Shown one piece after another: positions 28,983 through 38,104 of a DNA stretch of 64,000 nt. The notes beneath the pieces are model-generated. The model searched no databases. It was not told where the DNA came from and was given only the letters and a program-made list of their open reading frames with translations. Origin of the DNA: Gemmatimonadota bacterium. Its GTDB lineage: Bacteria > Gemmatimonadota > Gemmatimonadetes > Palauibacterales > Palauibacteraceae. Positions within the stretch are counted from its first letter, which is position 1. Every line of letters starts with the position of its first letter. The DNA lies in NCBI GenBank assembly GCA_046758745.1, contig JBHIAV010000001.1, forward strand, positions 1-64,000, written 5' to 3'. A program made the translations under genes and the position numbers.

Positions 28983-29928
28983 AGAGCGTCGAATCGACGT
29001 CGAGCGGACCTCGCGCCGCCGACTAGACAGCCTCCTCGCCGAGCGACTCTCCGTCAGCCGAACTCGCGCGGCGGCCCTGATCGACGAGGGCCGCGTGCGG
29101 GTAAACGGTGCGCCCGCCCGCAAGAGCTATCGGCCGCATCGCGGCGACAGAATCGACGTCTCTCTCCCTCCACCCGCAAAGCACGATCTCGAGCCGGAAG
29201 ACCTCCCCCTCCGGGTGGTGTACGAGGACGATGACCTTCTGGTCGTCGACAAACCCGCCGGGCTCGTCGTGCACCCGGGGCCCGGACATCGGAGCGGAAC
29301 CCTGGTGAACGCGCTCCTCCATCGCACCGACCGGCTCTCCTCCGTCGGCGGGTCCACTCGCCCGGGCATCGTGCACAGGCTCGATCGGGAGACGAGCGGG
29401 CTCCTCATCGTCGCCCGGCGCGACGAGATCCATCGTCGCCTGTCGGGCGCCCTGGCGCGCCGCAAGATCCGCCGGGGCTACCTCGCCGCCGCGTGGGGAC
29501 GCCTGGCCGCGGACCGTCTTACCATCGATCGACCGCTGGGGCGCGACCCGCGCCATCGGAAGCGGGTGGCCGTTGTGGAGGGGGGACGGCAGGCCGTCAC
29601 TCACGTGCGCCGGCTCGAGAGCTGGCGCTCCGCCGACCTGCTTGCCGTGCGCCTCGAGACGGGACGCACGCACCAGATCCGCGTGCACCTGCGTTCCTGC
29701 GGGCACCCGCTGGTCGGAGATTCCGTCTACGCTCCCGGCTGGGAGAGGGGGTTCCTGGGAGCCGGGGGAAGGTGGGCGGAGGAGTTCGCCCGCCGCTGCG
29801 GTCGCCTCTTCCTGCATGCGGCGCGGCTCGCCTTCGAGCATCCGAGGACGGGCGAGCGAATCGTGCTCACCTCGCCCCTCCCGGAGTCGCTCGCCTCGGC
29901 GGTGGAATGGGCACGCGGCACGAGCTGA
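28957..29928 (+). CDS. rluD: RluA/RluD family pseudouridine synthase
   Basis: S4 domain, DKPAGLVVHP, HRLDRETSG, TGRTHQIRVH, LHA. Confidence 0.93.
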   Translation: MATEDGRNEERRIDVERTSRRRLDSLLAERLSVSRTRAAALIDEGRVRVNGAPARKSYRPHRGDRIDVSLPPPAKHDLEPEDLPLRVVYEDDDLLVVDKPAGLVVHPGPGHRSGTLVNALLHRTDRLSSVGGSTRPGIVHRLDRETSGLLIVARRDEIHRRLSGALARRKIRRGYLAAAWGRLAADRLTIDRPLGRDPRHRKRVAVVEGGRQAVTHVRRLESWRSADLLAVRLETGRTHQIRVHLRSCGHPLVGDSVYAPGWERGFLGAGGRWAEEFARRCGRLFLHAARLAFEHPRTGERIVLTSPLPESLASAVEWARGTS

Positions 29929-31019
29929 GGGACGCTCAGGCGCCTCCCGGTGCCGCGCTCCTCGGGGTCCTGGCGCGCGCGCTCCTCGGGGTCATGGCCG
30001 GCGCGCTCCTCGGCGTCCCCTGGGCGTTCCTCGGGGTCCCCGCCGCCGCGCGGATCGGCGGGTCGGAGCTGTCGTCCGCCGGCCCGCTCGCCCGCTCGCC
30101 GGCCGGGGCACTGCAGGGCTCGCACCCGCCCGGACCGGTTCGCTGGCACGCCGGGGAGGATCTGGCCCGGCTCGCCGAGCGAATCGCCGCCGACCCCGCT
30201 GTGTGGCGCCCGATGCCCGGCATCGGGCCGGCTGTGCCGGGGGACGACACGGTCGACGTGTGGCTGGTGCGAGAGCTGGCCGGCCTGGAGGGCATCGGGC
30301 TCGGCCGATCCGAGCGCTGGGTGGCCGGGGTCGCCGATCCCGCGACCGGGCGGATTGCCCTGCGGGCGGGCCGGGAGCTCGCATCGGTACCCGATCTCCG
30401 TCGCGTCCTTCGCCACGAGCTCGCCCATCTCTCGCTCCACGGGGCGACGCGCGGCAACTATCCGCGCTGGCTGAGCGAAGGGTACGCGCAGTACGCGGCG
30501 GGCGAATGGCGACGGGACGAGGCATGGCGGCTCCGCTTCGCCTTTCTTCGCGGTGGGGCCGAGTCGCTGCGCCGGATCTCGCTGCGCTTCCAGGGTTCAG
30601 CCGACGAGGCTCGTCTCGGCTACCTCCTCTCCTACACGGCGGTGCACCGGCTGCTCGAGTACGGCGGAGAGGGCGGTCTCCGTGCGCTCTTCGCGCGGCT
30701 GAAAGAGGGCGACGACATCGACCGGGCGCTCCGGGTCGTGTATGGGGTCACCGAGGAGCAGTTCGAGCGGGCGTGGCGGAAGAGGGTGCTCGACCGTTTC
30801 GGCTGGCTGTACGTGCTCTCCCGGGCTTCCCTCTTCTGGCTGGCTATCGCTCTCTTCGTCATGTGGCTCGCGCTCCGCCGCGCCCGTCGGGACCGAGACC
30901 GCCTGGAGGAGCTCCGTGCGACGGAGCGCTTCGAGGCCGAAGCGGATGCGACGCAAGAGCTCGAAGTGGAGATCGGGGCGGTGCGTGCCGGCGTTGACCC
31001 GCCACGGGACGCCGAATAA
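29907..31019 (+). CDS. Peptidase MA-like zinc metalloprotein with C-terminal TM helix
   Basis: LRHELAH (HExxH) and PRWLSEGYA; start uncertain. Confidence 0.8.
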   Translation: MGTRHELRDAQAPPGAALLGVLARALLGVMAGALLGVPWAFLGVPAAARIGGSELSSAGPLARSPAGALQGSHPPGPVRWHAGEDLARLAERIAADPAVWRPMPGIGPAVPGDDTVDVWLVRELAGLEGIGLGRSERWVAGVADPATGRIALRAGRELASVPDLRRVLRHELAHLSLHGATRGNYPRWLSEGYAQYAAGEWRRDEAWRLRFAFLRGGAESLRRISLRFQGSADEARLGYLLSYTAVHRLLEYGGEGGLRALFARLKEGDDIDRALRVVYGVTEEQFERAWRKRVLDRFGWLYVLSRASLFWLAIALFVMWLALRRARRDRDRLEELRATERFEAEADATQELEVEIGAVRAGVDPPRDAE

Positions 31020-31028
31020 GGTGAGGTC

Positions 31029-31325
31029 ATGAGCACCGAACGACGCCCGCGTTCCGATTCCCCTCGCGCGCGCCGCCCTCCCTCCGCCGGGAAACCGCGG
31101 GTCGCGGACGCCGCCGGCGCAGCGGAGAGGGCGCCGTTCCTCGGTCTCCGGATGGCGAACGCGGCTCTCCTCCTTGCCGCCGTCGTGGTCATCGCGGCCG
31201 GCTACCTGCTGCTCGACCGGGGCTCCATCACGGCGGCGCCGATCCTGCTCGTGCTCGGTTACGCGGTGCTGCTCCCGGCCGGGTTGCTGGTGGGATTCCG
31301 CCGGGAGCGGGCGCCGGAGGAGTAG
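31029..31325 (+). CDS. Small two-TM membrane protein (DUF3098-like)
   Basis: N..LLLAAVVVIAAGYLLL...SITAAPILLVLGY pattern. Confidence 0.7.
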   Translation: MSTERRPRSDSPRARRPPSAGKPRVADAAGAAERAPFLGLRMANAALLLAAVVVIAAGYLLLDRGSITAAPILLVLGYAVLLPAGLLVGFRRERAPEE

Positions 31326-31336
31326 CCAGGCTGCCG

Positions 31337-33652
31337 GTGGGGGCGCCCACCGTCGATCCGGGGGCTGTGGCCGCGATCGTGGCCGGCCGCCATTCCACTC
31401 CGTTCGAAGTCCTCGGCATCCATCCCCTGCGCACGGCGGAGGAGCCGGGGCGGGTCGTCCGTGTTTGGCTCCCGGGGACGCACGCCGTGCGGCTTCTCGA
31501 CGGCGAGCGGGCGATCGAGATGGAGCGGGTCCACCCGGAGGGCTTCTTCGAGCTAACCCTGCCGGAGGAGCGCCGCTTTCTCGCCTATGGCCTGGAAGCC
31601 ACGGACAGCGAGGGACGAAGCCGCACGCTCGACGACCCGTACTGGTTCGGTCCCGTGCTCGATGAGGACCGGCTCGATCGTCTGAAGAGGGGTGGGGAGC
31701 GGCGCGTGCACGAGTTCCTCGGGGCCCGGCCCATGACGCACGAAGGTGCGGCCGGGACGCTCTTCTCCGTGTGGGCCCCCTTTGCGCAGAGCGTCTGCCT
31801 GTTGGGGAGCTTCAACCGGTGGGAGGCACGTGCGCACCCGATGCGCCCCCGAGGCTCCACAGGCGTGTGGGAGCTCTTCATTCCCGCCGTCGGACCCGGC
31901 GCCCTGTACAAATATGAGATCCGAACGAAGCACGGCGATTTTCGCATGGAGAAGGCCGATCCTTGCGGCTTCGCGATGGAGCTCCGACCGGCGACCGCCT
32001 CGGTCGTATGGGATCTCGGCCGGTACGAGTGGAGCGATGCGGAGTGGATGCGGCGGCGCGCCCGGCGGCAGGCCGCCGACGCGCCGCTCGCCATCTACGA
32101 GGTGCACCTCGGTTCGTGGCGGCGCGCGTCCCTCCCGACGGACGATCCGGGTTGGCTAGGCTATCGGGAGATCGCCGAGCGGTTGCTCCCGTACGTCCGG
32201 GAGCTCGGGTACACCCACGTGGAGCTCCTTCCGGTGACCGAGTACCCGCTCGACGCCAGCTGGGGGTATCAGACGGTCGGCTACTTCGCGCCCACCTCCC
32301 GCTTCGGATCGCCCGATGACTTTCGCTTCTTCATCGACGAGGCGCATCGGCTGGGCCTCGGCGTCATCCTCGATTGGGTGCCGGCCCACTTCCCGCGGGA
32401 TGGGCACGGGCTCGGGTTCTTCGACGGGACCCATCTGTACGAGCACGAGGATCCGCGAAAGGGGGTGCATCCGGACTGGGGGACCCTGATCTACAACTAC
32501 GGACGTCCGGAGGTCGCGGCATTTCTCATCTCGAGCGCTCTGTTCTGGATCGAGGAATACCACATCGACGGCCTGCGCGTGGACGCGGTGGCTTCGATGC
32601 TGTACCTCGATTACTCGCGGGCGGAGGGGGAGTGGCTCCCGAACGTGCATGGGGGAAGAGAGAACCTTGAGGCGATCGCCTTCCTCCGTGAGCTCAACGA
32701 AGCGGTACACGAGGAGGCGCCGGGCGTGCTCACCATCGCGGAGGAGTCGACGGCGTGGCCGAATGTGACCGGCCCGACCGCCGCGGGCGGCCTCGGCTTC
32801 GATCTGAAGTGGAACATGGGGTGGATGCACGACACCCTCGAGCTGTTTCGCGCGGACCCGCTCTTCCGGCGGGCCATGCACCACAGGCTCACCTTCTCGA
32901 TCCTGTACGCGTTCAGCGAGCGGTTCCTCCTTCCCCTGTCTCACGATGAGGTGGTGCATCTCAAGGGATCGCTGCTCGCCAAGATGTCCGGCGACCACGA
33001 GCGGAAGCTGTCGCATCTCCGCCTGCTGTTCGGCTACATGTACGGGCATCCCGGGAAAAAGCTGCTCTTCATGGGCGGAGAGTTCGGGCAGGCCGGTGAG
33101 TGGAACTTCGAGGGAGAGCTCCAGTGGTCCCTGCTCGACCGACCGGGGCACCGCGGCCTGCATCGCCTCGTGCGGGAGCTCAACCGACTGTACGTGGCCG
33201 AGCCGTCCCTGCACGAGTTGGATCACGCGGGGGAGGGGTTCGAGTGGATCGAGGCGCACGACGCCGATCGCAGCGTCCTCGCCTTCCTCCGCTGGGCCGA
33301 GGGATGGCGGGACTTCGTCCTCGTGGTGTGCAACTTCACGCCCGTGGCGTGGGACCGCTACCGCGTGGGCGTGCCGTACGCCGGCACATACGAGGCGATC
33401 CTCAATACGGATGACTCCCGGTACGGCGGGTCCGGGGAGTACCCCTTCCTCGAGGCGGAGGCCGAGGAGATGCCGTCCCAGGGGCGCGCCCTCTCGCTCG
33501 AGTGCACGCTGCCGCCGCTCTCCGTGCTCTTCCTCAAGAGGCTCGGCCGCTCGCGACCTCTCACGCAACGGCGCCAAGAAGACGACGTTCCGCGTCATGC
33601 CCGGTGGTCCGGGGTCGATGGCGTCACTACACTGGGGGGATGCCGACTCTGA
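31337..33652 (+). CDS. glgB: 1,4-alpha-glucan branching enzyme
   Basis: IYEVHLGSW, SWGYQ, DWVPAHFP, DGLRVDAVASM, AEEST, LSHDEVV. Confidence 0.97.
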   Translation: MGAPTVDPGAVAAIVAGRHSTPFEVLGIHPLRTAEEPGRVVRVWLPGTHAVRLLDGERAIEMERVHPEGFFELTLPEERRFLAYGLEATDSEGRSRTLDDPYWFGPVLDEDRLDRLKRGGERRVHEFLGARPMTHEGAAGTLFSVWAPFAQSVCLLGSFNRWEARAHPMRPRGSTGVWELFIPAVGPGALYKYEIRTKHGDFRMEKADPCGFAMELRPATASVVWDLGRYEWSDAEWMRRRARRQAADAPLAIYEVHLGSWRRASLPTDDPGWLGYREIAERLLPYVRELGYTHVELLPVTEYPLDASWGYQTVGYFAPTSRFGSPDDFRFFIDEAHRLGLGVILDWVPAHFPRDGHGLGFFDGTHLYEHEDPRKGVHPDWGTLIYNYGRPEVAAFLISSALFWIEEYHIDGLRVDAVASMLYLDYSRAEGEWLPNVHGGRENLEAIAFLRELNEAVHEEAPGVLTIAEESTAWPNVTGPTAAGGLGFDLKWNMGWMHDTLELFRADPLFRRAMHHRLTFSILYAFSERFLLPLSHDEVVHLKGSLLAKMSGDHERKLSHLRLLFGYMYGHPGKKLLFMGGEFGQAGEWNFEGELQWSLLDRPGHRGLHRLVRELNRLYVAEPSLHELDHAGEGFEWIEAHDADRSVLAFLRWAEGWRDFVLVVCNFTPVAWDRYRVGVPYAGTYEAILNTDDSRYGGSGEYPFLEAEAEEMPSQGRALSLECTLPPLSVLFLKRLGRSRPLTQRRQEDDVPRHARWSGVDGVTTLGGCRL

Positions 33653-35118
33653 GGATCTGCTACCTGACGCCCGAGCTCGCGCCGTACGCCAAGGTCGGAG
33701 GGCTGGCGGACGTCTCGGCGGCCCTTCCGACCGCCCTCCGACGCGCCGGACACGACGTCCGGGTCTTCGTGCCACTATACGCGCAGGTGCTTCAGGTCGG
33801 CCACGCCCTCTCCGCCGTCGAGGGCCTCCAGCAGATCCCGGTGAGCCTGGGGGATCGCAGATTCACCTTCGACGTCCTCGTGCCCGCGAGCGAAGGAGCT
33901 CCGGAGCGCAACTACTTTCTCCGGTGCGCGCCGCTGTACGAACGGGCCGGCGTGTACACCTCCGATCCGGACGAGCACCTCCGCTTCCTCCTCCTCTGCC
34001 GGGGAGCGATCGAGTGCTGCCGAGGGCTGGCCTGGGCCCCGGACGTGTTCCACTGCCACGACTGGCAGACGGCGCTCGTGCCCCTGCTCCTGCGCACCGT
34101 CTACGGGTCGGACCGCCTGTTCGAGAGAAGCGCAACGGTGCTCACGATCCACAACCTGGCCTACCAGGGCATCTTCCCGGCCGACATCGTCCCACAGCTG
34201 GGGCTCGGGGTTGGCGTGACGCTCCTGCACCAGGAGGATCTCCGAGCCCGGCGGGTGAACTTCCTGAGAACGGGCCTCATGCACGCGGGTACGCTGACCA
34301 CGGTGAGCCCGACGTACGCTCGCGAGATCCAGACCGCCGAGTACGGTGCGGGGCTCAACGGGCTCCTGCGCCGGAGGGGCGATGAGCTGGTCGGCATCCT
34401 GAACGGCGTCGACACGGAGGAGTGGAGCCCCGCCACGGACCCGTTCATACCGGTCCGGTATTCGGTGGATAGCCTGGAGCACAAGGCGCGGAACCGGGAT
34501 GCGCTGCTCGACCGCCTCGGCTCCTCCGCGGCTCCCGACATCCCGGTGGTGGGCGTGGTGAGCCGTCTCACCGTCCAGAAGGGCTTCGACCTCGTCTTCG
34601 ATCCGTTGCGGGAACAGCTGGCGGCCGATCGGCTGCGCCTGGTGGCGCTGGGGAGCGGCGAGGCGCGGTACGAGGAGGCATTCCGCGGCTTGGAGTCGGC
34701 CTTCCCGGGTCGCGCCGTCTTCCGACGCGGGTTCGACAACGAGGTGGCGCACCTCATCGAGGCGGGAAGTGACATCTTTCTCATGCCATCCCTGTACGAG
34801 CCCTGCGGCCTCAACCAGATGTACAGCCTGCTGTACGGCACCGTGCCGATCGTGCGGCGTACGGGAGGGCTCGCCGATTCCGTGCAGCAGTTCGATCCCC
34901 GGACCGGGGAAGGAACGGGGATCGTCTTCGACCACTACACGCGCGACGGGGTGAGACGGGCGATCGCGCGGGCGCTCGAGCTGTTCGAGGACCGCGAGGC
35001 GTGGCGCCGGATGATGAAGAACGGTATGCGAATGGACTTCTCGTGGGAGTCGCGGGTGCCGCGATACGTGGAAGTGTACGAGAGGCTCGTCGGGGCGCGC
35101 TCCGGAGCCCCGGCCTGA
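33640..35118 (+). CDS. glgA: Glycogen synthase
   Basis: KVGGLADV, HCHDWQ, TIHNLAYQG, MPSLYEPCGLNQ, TGGLADS. Confidence 0.96.
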   Translation: MPTLRICYLTPELAPYAKVGGLADVSAALPTALRRAGHDVRVFVPLYAQVLQVGHALSAVEGLQQIPVSLGDRRFTFDVLVPASEGAPERNYFLRCAPLYERAGVYTSDPDEHLRFLLLCRGAIECCRGLAWAPDVFHCHDWQTALVPLLLRTVYGSDRLFERSATVLTIHNLAYQGIFPADIVPQLGLGVGVTLLHQEDLRARRVNFLRTGLMHAGTLTTVSPTYAREIQTAEYGAGLNGLLRRRGDELVGILNGVDTEEWSPATDPFIPVRYSVDSLEHKARNRDALLDRLGSSAAPDIPVVGVVSRLTVQKGFDLVFDPLREQLAADRLRLVALGSGEARYEEAFRGLESAFPGRAVFRRGFDNEVAHLIEAGSDIFLMPSLYEPCGLNQMYSLLYGTVPIVRRTGGLADSVQQFDPRTGEGTGIVFDHYTRDGVRRAIARALELFEDREAWRRMMKNGMRMDFSWESRVPRYVEVYERLVGARSGAPA

Positions 35119-35319
35119 TGCGGCGCAGGAGGGGCGTGCGCGGCCGCGCCTGATTTCGGAAGATGGCGGACCGATGCTCCGCGAATCGTGTCGGATGGCC
35201 GGCGCGCTCGGGCGCAAGGGAATCGAGAACCGGGTCGATCCGTGGGGAAGGGAGTCGTAGCACGACCGGCCTCCTTGGCGCAGCATATTCGATATGTGCG
35301 TGGACGAGCTGACCTCGGC

Positions 35320-35349
35320 TTGACGCTTCCCCGCTTTCAGGGCTAAACT
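35320..35349 (+). promoter_or_regulatory. Sigma70 promoter for tRNA-Val
   Basis: TTGACG-18 nt-TAAACT. Confidence 0.65.
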
Positions 35350-35430
35350 TTTCGCTTCCCGACAACCGGGGGATCGGCGCGCGACACGCGGCTCGGCCGA
35401 CGCTCGCGCGGCGCTCCGGCCGGACCGCGC

Positions 35431-35505
35431 GGGCGAATAGCTCAGTTGGTCCAGAGCGCCTGCCTTACAAGCAGGAGGTCGCAGGTTCGAATCCTGCTTC
35501 GCCCA
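35431..35505 (+). tRNA. tRNA-Val(TAC), CCA not encoded
   Basis: Acceptor stem GGGCGAA/TTCGCCC, D-arm AGCTCAGTTGGTCCAGAGC, anticodon arm CCTGC-CTTACAA-GCAGG, T-loop GTTCGAATC. Confidence 0.97.
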
Positions 35506-35623
35506 TGCGCGGAGCGTGGAACGCGGTGCCTGGAAGGCTCGGAACATCCCCGGCGTCGCGGGTATCGATGGCGGGGCGGCAAATCCTCGTTTCCGGCAAG
35601 GGCTTTCAGGCGAGGGCTTGAGC

Positions 35624-37399
35624 ATGAAGGGAGTTGGAAGCGGCTGGAAGGTTCGGGCGCCGGCTCTGACGGCGGCGGTGCTCGCATCGTTGGCATCCGC
35701 CGTCGGAGCGAAGGCCCAGGAGAGCACCGCCTCCTCCGGACGGGCCCGGGTTCTCGTCGCCCCCCTCCACACGGAGGGCTCGGTGAAAGCCGACTTCGGC
35801 CGGAAGATCGCCGATGAGGTGCGCGACGACCTGAAGGATTTCCCTAGCCTCACCTCCGTGGACAGGAAGGAGCTGCGCGACGAGCTGAAGCGGCTCAAGC
35901 TGGACGAGAAGGAGCTCGGCCTCATCCAGTGGCGCCAGCTCGCCAGTCGGCTGAACGCTCAGGTCGTGATGTACGGCACCATCGTCCCCGCGGCGGGCGG
36001 GAACGCAGTCAGCGTCACGTTCGTGGACGCCCGCACCGGAGACGAGCTGAAGGTTCCCGAGTTCCGGGTGGGGGGCGACGGACGTGACGAGGTGAAGGAG
36101 GCGGCGGCGCGCATCTACGAGGCGTTCGAGGGACAGGTTCAGTTCCTCCAGGCCGTCGTCTTCTGCCGGGACTACCTGGCCGCGGACCAGCTGGAGGATG
36201 CGCTGCGCAACTGCAACCGGGCTTTGGAGCTGAACCCGGAGAGCGGGGAGGCGCTCTACCTGCGGGGCCGCATCCGCATGAAGCAGGAGGACTGGAACGC
36301 GGCGCGCGAGGACCTGGACGTTGTGGTCGCGCAGAACGCGGCGAAGACGGACGCCCTGCAATCGCTTGCCTACACGTACGCGCAGCTCGGCGAGGTGGAG
36401 CGCGCCACCGAGCTGTATCGGGAGTACTTGAACTTCAACCCGGCGGACGCGGACGTTCGGCTCAAGGTCGCCTTCGATCTGGCGAAGGCCGGCGGCTACG
36501 ACGCGGCGATCGCGCTGCTCGAAGAGGGGATCGAGCGCGACGCGACGAACGCGGCCCTCTGGGAGTACCTCGGCAACGTGGCCCTCACCAAGGGCACGCA
36601 GGCCGAGGAGGGCGAGCCCGGCTCCTCCGCCACAGGCAACGGTGAGGCGGCGATCGCCGACCCGGAAGCCGTGCGTCTCGCCATTCGAGCCTACAGCGAG
36701 GTGCTCACGCTCAAGGGCGACAGCATCGACCCGAATATCCTGAAGAACGTGATGGCCGCCCACCTCAACATGGGTGAGTTCGAGCAGGCCCTCCAGTTCG
36801 GCGAGCGGGCTCAGGCGATGATGCCGAACGATCCCGGGCTGTGGTCGATTCGCGCCGACGTGTTGGGGCGCATGGACCGGTTCTCGGAGGCCGTGGCGGC
36901 GCTCGACCGCGTTCTCGAGCTCGACCCGGAGTACGAGAACGCGAGGCTTCGGCGCGGGCTCTTCCGGCTGCGGTCCGGAGACCGTGAGGGCGCTGTGGTG
37001 GACCTGCGGTCGGCCGTCGAGCGCGGCACCGATTCGAATCTCGTGGCCGGGCAGCTCTTCGCGCGCGGTTACTCGGACTACTTCCAGAAGGGGCGGTACG
37101 AGACGGCCATCTCCATGTTCCGGGTTGCGCTCGAGTTCGCCACGACCGGCGAGGTGAAGAACCAGATCAACTTCTTCACCGCGTACGGCTACTTCCAGCA
37201 GGGCGTGGCGATCGACAGGTCCAACGAGGCGAACGAGGCATGCGAGCCAGCCCGTCGAGCGCTGGAGAAGTTCCAGCAGGTCATCCCCAATCTGAACCGC
37301 GCGGGGAACTACCAGGCGAAGAGCCAGGGGCAGATCCGGGAGAACACGGACGTGTATCTCTTCCGCCAGGAGCAGATCATCAAGAAGGCGTGTCGGTGA
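35624..37399 (+). CDS. Secreted tetratricopeptide-repeat protein
   Basis: Signal peptide ending AKA-Q, N-terminal alpha/beta domain, several TPRs (ALELNPES, VLELDPEY). Confidence 0.85.
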   Translation: MKGVGSGWKVRAPALTAAVLASLASAVGAKAQESTASSGRARVLVAPLHTEGSVKADFGRKIADEVRDDLKDFPSLTSVDRKELRDELKRLKLDEKELGLIQWRQLASRLNAQVVMYGTIVPAAGGNAVSVTFVDARTGDELKVPEFRVGGDGRDEVKEAAARIYEAFEGQVQFLQAVVFCRDYLAADQLEDALRNCNRALELNPESGEALYLRGRIRMKQEDWNAAREDLDVVVAQNAAKTDALQSLAYTYAQLGEVERATELYREYLNFNPADADVRLKVAFDLAKAGGYDAAIALLEEGIERDATNAALWEYLGNVALTKGTQAEEGEPGSSATGNGEAAIADPEAVRLAIRAYSEVLTLKGDSIDPNILKNVMAAHLNMGEFEQALQFGERAQAMMPNDPGLWSIRADVLGRMDRFSEAVAALDRVLELDPEYENARLRRGLFRLRSGDREGAVVDLRSAVERGTDSNLVAGQLFARGYSDYFQKGRYETAISMFRVALEFATTGEVKNQINFFTAYGYFQQGVAIDRSNEANEACEPARRALEKFQQVIPNLNRAGNYQAKSQGQIRENTDVYLFRQEQIIKKACR

Positions 37400-37458
37400 G
37401 GGCACCCGTCATGTAGCCGGGGGAGCGCAAGCGAGCTCCTCCCCTCGAGAGTCGATTC

Positions 37459-37492
37459 ACGGCCCGCCGAGATCTCCGTCTCGGCGGGCCGT
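37459..37492 (+). terminator. Perfect 14-bp hairpin after the TPR gene
   Basis: ACGGCCCGCCGAGA-6 nt-TCTCGGCGGGCCGT; weak U-tract. Confidence 0.6.
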
Positions 37493-37537
37493 CTTACATC
37501 CGGGAAGAGGCAGTGCGGGTAGCCGGGCGGGTGGGGG

Positions 37538-37600
37538 TTGACGGCGGTCGAGGTCGGACCGTAGAATGGGGGCTGGTGGTAAAAAGTGGGAAACTGTGGG
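37538..37600 (+). promoter_or_regulatory. dcw promoter with MraZ-binding direct repeats
   Basis: TTGACG-18 nt-TAGAAT; ATGGG/GTGGT/GTGGG/GTGGG at 37566, 37576, 37586, 37596 (exact 10-bp period). Confidence 0.85.
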
Positions 37601-37636
37601 GAAACACATCTCCTTCCTCCAACAGCACGGTGCGCG

Positions 37637-38068
37637 GTGGGCGGCTTCCTCGGGAGCTACCTCCATCAAGTGGACACGAAGGGTCGGGTCAGCCTGCCGG
37701 CTTCCTTCCGGCGGGAGAGCGACTCGCACTCGTATGTGCTCATCCAGGCCCACGCCGACGCGCTGTCGCTATATCCCCAGGAGAGCTGGCGTGAGGTCGA
37801 GGAGCGGCTTCGGGAGATGGTGCGACGTAACCCGAAGGCAAGGCACTATCTGCTCGGCCTGACCGCGAACGCGCAGGAGGTTTCGCCGGACAAGCAGGGC
37901 CGGATCCTCATCCCGGATCGGTTGCGCGAGAGCGTGGGTGTGGAGCGGGAGGCGCTGATCGTAGGCGCACTCGAGCGAATCGAGATCTGGAACCCCGAGC
38001 GCTTCGAGAAGACGGCCGGGACCGGCCGGGAGCAATTCGGCAAGCTGGCGGAACAGATCTTCGTCTGA
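37637..38068 (+). CDS. mraZ: Division/cell wall cluster repressor MraZ
   Basis: FLGSY.H.VD.KGRVSLP and DKQGRILIP duplicated motifs, IEIWN. Confidence 0.95.
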   Translation: MGGFLGSYLHQVDTKGRVSLPASFRRESDSHSYVLIQAHADALSLYPQESWREVEERLREMVRRNPKARHYLLGLTANAQEVSPDKQGRILIPDRLRESVGVEREALIVGALERIEIWNPERFEKTAGTGREQFGKLAEQIFV

Positions 38069-38104
38069 TCCGCGGGCCCGGCGGGCGCCAGGGGGGGCGA
38101 TCGG

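Noticed and set aside
35431..37399. tRNA-Val as an integration site for an island
   Set aside because: No integrase, no duplicated tRNA 3' end seen, and the downstream TPR gene has host-like codon usage
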